Source: an uncultured Acidobacteriota bacterium (GTDB lineage Bacteria > Acidobacteriota > Thermoanaerobaculia > Gp7-AA8 > JAHWKK01). From it: 64,000 bases of DNA. The DNA lies in contig CAWHHZ010000008.1 in NCBI GenBank assembly GCA_963829355.1, positions 296,236 to 360,235 on the forward strand, read 5' to 3'. The notes below the pieces were generated by a model that saw only the letters and a list, made by a program, of their open reading frames with translations, was not told the origin of the DNA and did not search any database. Position numbers and translations under genes: made by a program. This document shows, one piece after another, positions 10,198 to 19,063 of the stretch. The stretch's first letter is position 1. Each line of letters begins with the position of its first letter.

Positions 10198-11154
10198 TCA
10201 TTTGACGCCTTCCCGGACCACTCCCATTCGCACCGGTTCGGCAGCTTCCTTCCGTGCGGCAGCTTCCTCGGCCCGCCTCAGCCAGGCGGTCGTGGGACCG
10301 CCGAACCGGTCGTGGATCCTGTGCAGTTCACCGAGGTAACGGTGCGCGATATCGGTCTCCAGGTCGGAGGGCACATCGATGTCGACCTTCCTGCGATTGA
10401 ATCGCTTGGTGAGTCGCCCATCGGCCGGACGCCACTGAGGGAGATCCAGAAATTGCAGAATCGTGGCGAGGTGATGGTCGGGATCGTCGGCCAGATCGTC
10501 GTAGAAGCCAACATGGATCTGCTCTGGCGAAAAATGCTCTTCCCACCGGGCCAGATTCTCGAGATACATCCCGGACTTCCAGACATGCTCGATTTCATCC
10601 GGCGAATCGAGCAGGACTCGTCTCGCGACCTCCTCGGTTACCCGGAAGGCATCACCACCGACGTAGTTCCTGCAGTGAAGGAGCAGCTCGGACCAGAAGC
10701 GTTCGATCGGATCCCGCAGCAGGTAAATGATGCGAGCGCCGGGTACGAGCGTACGTACGTATGCCACGTCTTCGGAATCCATGGTGGCGTACGTCGGTGT
10801 AATGTCGCCGGTCATGCGATCCCCCGCGTCGGCAAAGAGCCTCATGTACCACGAAGATGTCCGAGGAAAGAGGAAGAAGTGGACGTAGAACCGGAAATCC
10901 TTCAGAAGCCGCCGCGGATGGCGGAGTGTCGTGCGGAATTGCTGGCGCCATTGTCTGAATCGCTCATCACGGCACCTTCGAAGCACGGTTCGACGATCAG
11001 CCGCTGCCTCGTTGAAGTAGCGAATTTCCTTGATCGGGGTCAGCCAGACGTCCGGATGATGCTTGAGGACGCCGTGGAGCCAGGACGTGCCACTCTTGAC
11101 GGCTCCGATACAGAGGAAGAAGCGGTCGGTGCGGCTCGGATCAGGCCCGCTCAA
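10198..11154 (-). CDS. Sulfotransferase (tandem paralog A)
   Basis: CIGAVKSGTSWL, KEIRYF, GDITPTY, LRDPIERFWS. Confidence 0.9.
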   Translation of the reverse strand: MSGPDPSRTDRFFLCIGAVKSGTSWLHGVLKHHPDVWLTPIKEIRYFNEAAADRRTVLRRCRDERFRQWRQQFRTTLRHPRRLLKDFRFYVHFFLFPRTSSWYMRLFADAGDRMTGDITPTYATMDSEDVAYVRTLVPGARIIYLLRDPIERFWSELLLHCRNYVGGDAFRVTEEVARRVLLDSPDEIEHVWKSGMYLENLARWEEHFSPEQIHVGFYDDLADDPDHHLATILQFLDLPQWRPADGRLTKRFNRRKVDIDVPSDLETDIAHRYLGELHRIHDRFGGPTTAWLRRAEEAAARKEAAEPVRMGVVREGVK

Positions 11155-11157
11155 TCG

Positions 11158-12159
11158 TCACCGCTCTCTCTGGTACTTCTCTGGGATCCGGTTTTCAAAC
11201 CAGGCAATCCTTTCCGCCTCCCGCAGCCAGTCCGTGGTTGGTCCTCCGAATCGCTTCTCGATCTTCACGAGCTCGGGCAGATATCGGCGCGCGATGAATG
11301 CCTCGAGATCGCGAGGAAGCCCCAGCGAGGTCCTCTTTTTATTGAACCGCGTTGTGAGTCTTCCATCTGAAGGGCGCCAGCTCGGCAACCCGAGAAAGTC
11401 GAGGATTCCGTCAAGGTACTCGTCCGGCCGGCGCTTCAGATCGTCGTAGAAACCGATGTGGATCTGCTCAGCCGGAAAATGCTCCTCCCACCGCGTCAGA
11501 TTCTCGTCGTACATCCCGCTCTGCCACAGGTGATCGTTTCGTTCGCTCTCATCGAGGACTACCTGACGAACGAGCTCCTCGGTGATGCGAGAAAAATCTC
11601 CCCTCACGCGGTTCTTGCAATAGAGGAGAACGTGCGACCAGAAGCGATCGATCGGGTTTCGGAGCAGATAGATGACTCGCGCGTGAGGCACAACGGAGCG
11701 CACGAACGCGACCTCCTCGCTCGAGATCGTGGCGTACATCGGCGTGATGTCACCGGTGAGCTTCTCTCCGGCTCCAACGAACAGATTGCTGTACCAGGCC
11801 GGGGTTCGCGGCAGCAGAAAGAAACGCAGATGAAAGAACGGTGCGGTTGGGGTGAGTAGTCGCCGCGGGTGCCGGATCGTCGAGGCCAACTGGTAACGCC
11901 AGTGAGCGAAGCGATGACCACGGAAGCGGCGCAGAACCATTCTGCGCTCCCTCTCCGACTCGTTGAAGTAGCGGATCTCCTTGATCGGCGTCAGCCACAC
12001 GTCGGGATGATGCTTGAGAACGCTGTGCAGCCATGTCGTACCGCTCTTGACCGCGCCAATACACAGGAAGAAACGATCGCTCTGATTTTCAGGCGTGTCT
12101 CGACCAGTCATGAACCTCCCCGGGTCCTCCCCTGAGCCTTGATCCATCTCCTCGGACAT
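11158..12159 (-). CDS. Sulfotransferase (tandem paralog B)
   Basis: CIGAVKSGTTWL, KEIRYF, GDITPMY, LRNPIDRFWS. Colinear and highly similar to 10198-11154. Confidence 0.9.
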   Translation of the reverse strand: MSEEMDQGSGEDPGRFMTGRDTPENQSDRFFLCIGAVKSGTTWLHSVLKHHPDVWLTPIKEIRYFNESERERRMVLRRFRGHRFAHWRYQLASTIRHPRRLLTPTAPFFHLRFFLLPRTPAWYSNLFVGAGEKLTGDITPMYATISSEEVAFVRSVVPHARVIYLLRNPIDRFWSHVLLYCKNRVRGDFSRITEELVRQVVLDESERNDHLWQSGMYDENLTRWEEHFPAEQIHIGFYDDLKRRPDEYLDGILDFLGLPSWRPSDGRLTTRFNKKRTSLGLPRDLEAFIARRYLPELVKIEKRFGGPTTDWLREAERIAWFENRIPEKYQRER

Positions 12160-12324
12160 ATCACTCTGATCCCGGACTTCAGGGCGGACTCCTGCTCGCG
12201 GCGCGCGCCCACTCGACTACCGAGAGATTCGTAGCTCTGAGCTTGACTCTGCTCGCCTACGACATGAAACCGAATCAGATCAACCGCGGTGATCGTTCCA
12301 GACCTCATTCATGCTGCAACGTTT

Positions 12325-13853
12325 TCACGATCCGGGCGGCACGTCCACGACATCATCCTCGCGTGCTCGATCCAGCACCACCACCACGATCAGCACCGCT
12401 GGCATCGCAATCAGCATGATCAGAACGCCGATCAGCAAGAGCCTGGCGACCGAGAGCGATCGAGCGATCGCAAAGCTCACTGGTCCAGTGATCGTGTACA
12501 GCAAACGTGAGGCATTGAGGTTCTCCGAGGCGAGTGCATAGATTTCGTTGGCCTTCTCGACCGCCTCGATCACCTGCTTCCGGGCCTGTTCTATTGTCCG
12601 ATGCGATTTGCTGACCGAGCCCGCCGAGCCCGCACTTGCCTGGAGGTCATCGAGAAGTTGCTCGTAGTAATCAATCTCAGTTTCGTACGGGACCAGCTTC
12701 AGAGATTCCTCGGAGATCCTGTCGACGAGCTCCTGCCGGTACTCCTGATCTTCAGAAAGTCCCGCCAACCGTACGATGCGATCGAGGAAAGAATCCCCGA
12801 GCTGCGGCATGATCGTCTCCCCCGCGCCGGGAGCCTGCTGGGTCATCCCTGCTCCGGAACCAGCACCTCCCTCCCGATAGAGGGCGAGCGCCTGGCGCAG
12901 AGCATCGACACGTGCAGCGGCGTCATCACGCCGCATCTGCACGTGATCGAGCTGACTCTGGACGAAACGGATCGCAGACTGCCGATCTCCCGCGTAGCGT
13001 CCCGCTCTGAACTCGTTGACGAGCGGCCGTACGTAAAGACGGACGATGTCATCGAGTCGAAGCTCCAGTTCCGCCAGTGTCAGACCTTCGCTTGTGCGGA
13101 GACCTTCGGCGCCAGGGATCGCCCGCAACGTCTGAATGTTGCGAATGATGTCCCATATGCGGGAGCGAAGCATGTCGAGTGCGACGATTGGCTCGTCGGC
13201 CTCAGCAGGCAATACCCTCGCCGATAGCACGGGGAGCTGATATCGCATCGCTCCCTTCTCCTCGGTCGCATAAAGCGCCCACGTCTCCAGCGTATCGCGC
13301 AGCACCTTCTGCACGATCTCCTGCGGAACCTGAACGCCGGAAACATCGGCGACGTAGTTCAGCTCATAACTGTTCCGGGCGAGGCTCTCCCTCTTCGTTG
13401 CGAACTCCTGCTCGAGTCGAGCGCGGTCAACAGCCGACAGCTTTGGATCGGCCAGTTTCGCCCGATATTCGTTCGTCAACTGCCGCAGTGCCTCGTTCTC
13501 TTCGACCACGAAGACCGATGCCGAAAAATCGGCGAACGGGACGAACCGTTCGAGATCGTTTCTCTCGTAGACCGTTCGCAGCACCGGAACAGCCACGATA
13601 TCCGCGGTCGTAAACGGAACACCGCTCGGATACAACCTTTCTCGGCCCCCTGAAACTCGAGTCTGAAGGCCAGCGAGGCCACCCTCTCCGACGGGGTCAA
13701 CAGATACGCTGCGATCATGCCGATCGCCAGCAGCAGGACAATCACTGCCACGCTCAGCACGATCACCGAACGTTGCCGGCGAACGCTTCTCAGAAGGTCA
13801 CGGAGGGATACGGTCTCGTACTCCTCCTCATAGTGATGTGTGTCGTCGATCAT
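12325..13853 (-). CDS. Wzz-like polysaccharide co-polymerase / chain-length regulator, frameshift at ~13635
   Basis: N-terminal acidic stretch + VSLRDLLRSV + TM1 (13476-13853), long coiled-coil periplasmic region and C-terminal TM2 (12325-13635). No kinase domain. Confidence 0.7.
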
Positions 13854-14051
13854 TGATTACTCGTTTCGGAAAGGTCGCGGGTCAATATAGCACTGGCGCA
13901 GGTCCGGCATTCACCTGGGGGCGTCAACCGCCGCTCTCCTCGGTTCGCGGCATTGTGAACGGACAGCAATCGATGGCGTCGTAACGATTCCATAATTGCC
14001 GATATGGAACTGGATGCTATCTTTGGTGGCTTCTCGGACGTCCAATTCCTA

Positions 14052-14110
14052 TGGTACAGTCGATCTCTTAGCGTGTATTCAGTGTCCGCCATCACACATC
14101 CGTGTGAGTG
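14052..14110 (+). promoter_or_regulatory. Putative extended -10 promoter plus palindromic motif upstream of fibre-like gene 1
   Basis: TGgTACAGTcgatctctt then CACACatccGTGTG. The block is conserved upstream of paralog 2 (16241-16300). Confidence 0.5.
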
Positions 14111-14152
14111 CTATTTTGGCGCCGGCAGTTTGACCGAAACAGGGAAGTTAAA

Positions 14153-15903
14153 ATGAAAAATCTGAAGATCGTCCTCCTACAGCTCTCATATGCGGTCCTC
14201 GGTCTGCCTTTGGCCGCCCAGGGTCTCTCCGAGAGTGGGCCGATCGAATCGATATCGGTCAATGCCTCGCAGATCACATGGCAGCCGCGCGCTGGCAAAG
14301 GCTGGGTCACCGTGACGGTGACGGGTCCCGGTGAATATGCTTTCACCGCATCGTTCCCTCCCGGGAAGCTTCCGATTTTCCGCGCCCTGGAGCCGGATGG
14401 AAAGCCACTTCCCGATGGATCCTACAACTACAGATATCCGAGCGGCCGTCGGGCTGTCGAAGCCAGAGCGGACAATGATCCACAGGGACTCCCGGGGAAG
14501 ATGTCGGGACATGGACCTCTATCCAGACTCAATCCGGAACGTTCACGGTGCTGGGTGGTTCGATCGTCGACTCCGGACTGCAGGAGAAGGCAGGCGCCAA
14601 ACAGGGCGGGGTCACGACGAATGCTGTTGGTCCGGTGATGGGTACCCAGCAGGAAATCAATGGAGATCTGACCGTCCATGACAGCCTCTGCGTCGGTCAA
14701 GACTGCGTGGCGAATGAGAACTTCGGTTTCGACACGATACGGCTGAAGGAGAACAACACCCGCATCAAGTTCGAGGACACCAGCAACTCCGCCAGCTTTC
14801 CGAGCAACGACTGGCAGCTGACGGCGAATGACAGTGCGAACGGAGGAGCGAACAAATTCTCCATCGACGACGTCACGAATGGCAAGACCCCCTTCACGGT
14901 CGAGGCGAACAGCCCGAATCACACACTTTACATCGACAGCACCGGAAGGATCGGCGTCGGCACGAGCACGCCCGTGGTCCAGATTCACACCACCGACGGC
15001 AACACCCCGGCCCTCCGTCTGGACCAGGATGGAAGCTCCGGCTTCACACCACAGGTCTGGGACGTCGCCGGCAACGAAGCGAACTTCTTCGTTCGCGACG
15101 TGACCAACGGCAGCAAGCTCCCTTTCAAGATCAAACCCGGTGCACCGGACAACTCGATCTACATCAACGCTAACGGTGATGTCGGAATTGGGACAGCGAG
15201 TCCCGATGAAGATCTTCACGTCAAGAAGAGCGTCAATGGCGCAATCATCGCCGAGGTGGAAAATACGAATACGGGATCTTCGGCGGTTTCGGTGATTCGT
15301 ACATCATCCGACACGGCAGGCTTCAACATGAGCTCCCATGCTGGCGCGAGAACGCTTTCGCGCTTTGGGGAGACGCTCGGCGGCTGGACCGAGATTCTCA
15401 CCTTCACCGGGAACGGAATGGCGGTCGGCACCTCCGGCGCGGTACCACTGATTCTGGGAACGAACAGCGTAAACCGACTCGAGATCGGTGGAAGTGGCGG
15501 CGTTACGGTCACCGGTGACTTCACCGTTTCCGGAGGCACGAAAAATTTCGCCGTCGTCAACCCATCTGATCCGGCAAAGGCGATCTACTACGCGGCTCTC
15601 GAGGGGCCCGAGGCGGGAACGTACTTCCGTGGTACTGCGAAGACGGTGGACGGGAACGCCGTCATCAAACTGCCCGAGTACTTCTCTTCCATCACCGAGA
15701 AGGAACGGATGACGGTCCAGCTCACTCCCGTAGGGGGATGGGGACAGCTCTACGTTGCCGAGAGCTCACCCGAGCAGGTGATCGTCAAACTCGCACCGGG
15801 ATCTGGCGATGATCTGGAGTTCCACTATCTCGTGCAGGGCGTCAGGCTTGGATACCTGGAGTACGAGGTCGAGCGCAGGAACGATCTTCCTCCCCTCAAC
15901 TGA
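14153..15903 (+). CDS. Secreted tail-fibre-like beta-rich protein, copy 1 (frameshift ~14515-14525)
   Basis: Signal peptide MKNLKIV...LPLAAQ. LCVGQDC...DTIRLKENN, repeated G.VGIGT..P...LH.. units, C-terminal GTKNF...LEGPEAGTYFRG...LPEYF...VQLTP. Aligns end to end with 16344-18089 once the frames are joined. Confidence 0.75.
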
Positions 15904-15911
15904 TCTCGAAC

Positions 15912-15945
15912 AGTGCGGACGCAACCTCGAGGTTGCGTCCGCACT
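15912..15945 (+). terminator. Perfect 34-bp palindrome / terminator-like hairpin
   Basis: agtgcggacgcaacctc|gaggttgcgtccgcact, 8 nt after the copy-1 stop, followed by a pyrimidine run. Confidence 0.7.
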
Positions 15946-16240
15946 TCTCTCCCCTGAACTGACCTCGTAAACCGACCGACCTCAGTAATCGCCATGATCA
16001 GCCATCAAAGAGATCTCGCGGCTATTGGCAGCCTTCAGTTCCTGAGACGACAGGTGAACGCCAACGAGACACCTTTTGAGGGCGGAAGCAAAGAATGGTC
16101 GAGCCGGCCAGAAACCACCGCTGTTCACCGAAATCCACCCGAGCATCCGACCAGGCAGCAGCTTTCCGGCGTCCCGATTCCATTACCTACGGGGTAGCGA
16201 CCACCGGCTATATCCTCATGGCCTGGGGGTCGGAAAATTG

Positions 16241-16300
16241 TGGTAGAGTCGGTCTCTTCATCAAAAATATTTAATGCTCGACATCTCACAATCGTGTGTG
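16241..16300 (+). promoter_or_regulatory. Putative extended -10 promoter plus palindromic motif upstream of fibre-like gene 2
   Basis: TGgTAGAGTcggtctctt then CTCACaatcGTGTG. Homologous to 14052-14110. Confidence 0.5.
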
Positions 16301-16343
16301 CCGTGGGGCATGGGCAGCCTGACCGACGTTAGGGAAATCGAAA

Positions 16344-18089
16344 ATGAAGAACTTCAAGCTTATCGTGCTGACTGCTCTCGTACTCATCATTGGGCTGCCG
16401 CTGGCCGCGCAGGATTTCTCTGCTGGCGGTCCGATCGAATCGATGTCGATCGGCGCCTCTCAGATCACCTGGCAACCTCAGGCGGGAAAAGGCTGGGTCA
16501 CCGTGACAGTCACCGGTCCCGGAGACTATTCTTTCACAGCCGAGTTCCCTCCCGGGAAGCTGCCGATCTTCAGCGCCCTTGACGATGAGGGCAAGCCTCT
16601 TCCGGATGGTTCCTATAACTACGAAATCGGAGAGCGGCCGAAAAACACCCGCACCCGAGCCGAAAACGATCCGCAGGGACTCCCGGGGAAGAGCGTCGGG
16701 AAGGGGCCTGTCTACCAGACGCAGTCGGGAACATTCACCGTCGCGGGCGGTTCGATCGTCGACCCCGGGCTGCCGGAGGGATCGAGTGCGAAACAGTCCG
16801 GAGCCACGACCGAGGCCATCGGGCCAGAAGTGGGCACCCAGCAGACAATCAGCGGTGACCTGAGCGTGTACAACAGCCTCTGCGTCGGCTTTGACTGCTT
16901 GGCTGCTGAATCATACGGTTCGGACACGGTACGACTGAAGGAAAATAATCTTCGCATCCACTTTGAGGACACCAGCACCGGCAGCTTCCCTTCAACCGAT
17001 TGGCGACTGACGGCAAACGATTCCGCCAGCGGCGGAGCGAATCGCTTCTCGATCGAGGACGTAACCGCCTCGCGGGTTCCTTTCACAGTCGAAGGCAACT
17101 CCCGCAGCCACTCGCTTTACGTGGATAGCGGCGGCCGCGTCGGCTTCGGGACGTCCACACCGGTCGTCGAGCTCCACACGAAGGACGGCGATTCGCCGGC
17201 CCTCCGCCTCGAGCAGGACGCCAGCGCAGGGTTCGCACCCCAGGCCTGGGACCTCGCGGGCAACGAGACGAGTTTCTTCATCCGCGACGTTACGAATGGA
17301 AGCACGCTACCGTTCCGCGTTTTCCCCGGTTCCCCGAGTAATAGTCTCGTGATCAAGAACGGTGATGTCGGACTGGGAACGACGAGCCCCGATGAAGATC
17401 TTCACATCAAGAAGAGCGTCAATGGCGCGATCATCGCCGAAGTGGAAAATACGAACGCGGGATCATCAGCCGTCTCGGTGATCCGTACCTCATCGGACAC
17501 GGCTGGCTTCAACATGAGCTCGCACGCCGGCGCGAGAACGCTTTCCCGCTTCGGCCAGACACTCGGCGGATGGACTGAGATTCTCACCTTCACCGGGAAT
17601 GGCATGGCTATCGGTACCTCAGGTCCGCTCCCCATGATCCTGGGAACGAATAGCGTTAACCGAATCGAAATCGGCGCAAACGGTGGCGTCACCGTTACCG
17701 GCGACTTCACCGTTTCTGGCGGGACCAAGAACTTCGCGGTCATCGACCCGACCAACAGTGCCAACGCGATTTACTACGCCGCACTCGAAGGTCCCGAAGC
17801 GGGCACCTATGTCCGGGGAACCGCGAAGACGGTAGACGGCGTGGCAGTCATCGAGCTCCCCCGATATTTCTCATCCATCACCGAGCAGGAGCGGATGACC
17901 GTCCAACTCACGCCCTTCGGTGGTTGGGGCCAGGTCTATGTCGCGGAACGTTCGCCAGAGCGGATCGTCGTGAAACTCGCCCCAGGCTCGAGCGAAGAGC
18001 TGGAGTTCGACTACTTCGTTCAGGGAATCCGGCTCGGCTACCTCGATTTCGAGGTCGAGCGCAAGAACGATCTTCCGCCGCTCAACTGA
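16344..18089 (+). CDS. Secreted tail-fibre-like beta-rich protein, copy 2 (intact, 581 aa)
   Basis: Sec signal MKNFKLIVLTALVLIIGLPLAA-Q, LCVGFDC...DTVRLKENN, GRVGFGTSTP and GDVGLGTTSP repeats, C-terminal GTKNF...LEGPEAGTYVRG domain. Confidence 0.8.
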   Translation: MKNFKLIVLTALVLIIGLPLAAQDFSAGGPIESMSIGASQITWQPQAGKGWVTVTVTGPGDYSFTAEFPPGKLPIFSALDDEGKPLPDGSYNYEIGERPKNTRTRAENDPQGLPGKSVGKGPVYQTQSGTFTVAGGSIVDPGLPEGSSAKQSGATTEAIGPEVGTQQTISGDLSVYNSLCVGFDCLAAESYGSDTVRLKENNLRIHFEDTSTGSFPSTDWRLTANDSASGGANRFSIEDVTASRVPFTVEGNSRSHSLYVDSGGRVGFGTSTPVVELHTKDGDSPALRLEQDASAGFAPQAWDLAGNETSFFIRDVTNGSTLPFRVFPGSPSNSLVIKNGDVGLGTTSPDEDLHIKKSVNGAIIAEVENTNAGSSAVSVIRTSSDTAGFNMSSHAGARTLSRFGQTLGGWTEILTFTGNGMAIGTSGPLPMILGTNSVNRIEIGANGGVTVTGDFTVSGGTKNFAVIDPTNSANAIYYAALEGPEAGTYVRGTAKTVDGVAVIELPRYFSSITEQERMTVQLTPFGGWGQVYVAERSPERIVVKLAPGSSEELEFDYFVQGIRLGYLDFEVERKNDLPPLN

Positions 18090-18098
18090 TTTCTTCAG

Positions 18099-18135
18099 AG
18101 GGCGGGGGCGGCCAGCGCTGCCCCTGCCCTGCTTT
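18099..18135 (+). terminator. Terminator-like hairpin
   Basis: agggcgggggcggc-cagc-gctgcccctgccct (14-bp stem with 2 G-U pairs) + gcttt, just after the copy-2 stop. Confidence 0.55.
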
Positions 18136-18204
18136 GGGACTTTCCACATCCGGACCGTGCCCCGAGAAACGTTCACTCCACGCCCGTGACAGGCGCCTCT
18201 CGAC

Positions 18205-19044
18205 ATGGCTGATATCGCCCGGTTCAGCCACTCGCTCCGACTCTCTGACGAAGGTATCTGGTTCGCGGACACCATCGAATCCATTTCCTACCCGCCGGAT
18301 GCAAACGACTCATGCTTCACCGTAGAGGAGGGATCGTTCTGGTTCGAGCATCGCAACCGCTGCATCACGGCGGTCGTTCGCCAGCATCCTCCCCGCTCTC
18401 ACGGTCCGATCTTCGACGTCGGAGGAGGTAACGGATTCGTTGCTAAAGCACTCGAATCGGTGGGGTTCGAAGCGGTCGTCGTCGAGCCCGGCGTGGCGGG
18501 GGCACGCAACGCCCGGAAACGGGGAATCTCCGATGTGATCTGTTCCAGCCTCAAAGCCGCCGACTTCCTGCCGGGATCGCTCCCGGCGGCAGGACTCTTC
18601 GATGTTCTCGAGCACGTTGAAGACGACGTGGCGTTTCTCACTTCTCTCCGGCGAGTCATGAACGCGAGCGGCCGGCTCTACCTCACCGTTCCCTCCTACC
18701 AGTTCCTGTGGTCGGCAAATGACGTTTCGGCGGGCCACTACCGGCGTCACACGTTACGAACCATTGAAACGACGCTGCGCCGGGGCGGCTTCAGCGTCGA
18801 TTTCGCCTCCTACATCTTTTGTCCGTTGCCGGTCGCTCTTCTGCTTACCCGCACCATTCCCTACCGAATCGGACTCACACGTCCCACGCGGAACAGAACG
18901 AGAACAGCGCGGGATCATGCCGTACGGGCGAGCGCGAGAGCGCGTTTGCTGCGGTTCCTCCTCCATTCCGAACCGGAGCGGTTGAGCAGAGGCGAGACGA
19001 TTCCGTTTGGCAGCAGTTGTCTTGTGGCGGCCTCGGCCGCTTGA
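18205..19044 (+). CDS. Class I SAM-dependent methyltransferase
   Basis: VEEGSFWFEHRN, FDVGGGNG, FDVLEHVEDD, TVPSYQFLWS..D..AGHYRRH. Confidence 0.88.
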   Translation: MADIARFSHSLRLSDEGIWFADTIESISYPPDANDSCFTVEEGSFWFEHRNRCITAVVRQHPPRSHGPIFDVGGGNGFVAKALESVGFEAVVVEPGVAGARNARKRGISDVICSSLKAADFLPGSLPAAGLFDVLEHVEDDVAFLTSLRRVMNASGRLYLTVPSYQFLWSANDVSAGHYRRHTLRTIETTLRRGGFSVDFASYIFCPLPVALLLTRTIPYRIGLTRPTRNRTRTARDHAVRASARARLLRFLLHSEPERLSRGETIPFGSSCLVAASAA

Positions 19045-19063
19045 CTCGGCGACGATCCGGGAC

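Noticed and set aside
6209-11370. Long plus-strand ORFs (e.g. 6975-8060, 8508-9413, 10312-11370)
   Set aside because: Antisense shadows of well-supported GT and sulfotransferase genes in GC-rich DNA; no family motifs.
13850-16197. Small ORFs 13850-14095 and 15994-16197
   Set aside because: They overlap promoter or intergenic regions, lack an RBS and show no recognisable protein features.
14153-18089. Prophage remnant or diversity-generating retroelement (TR/VR) explanation for the fibre pair
   Set aside because: No phage structural, integrase or reverse transcriptase genes. Both copies have signal peptides, and the differences are mostly synonymous rather than adenine-specific.
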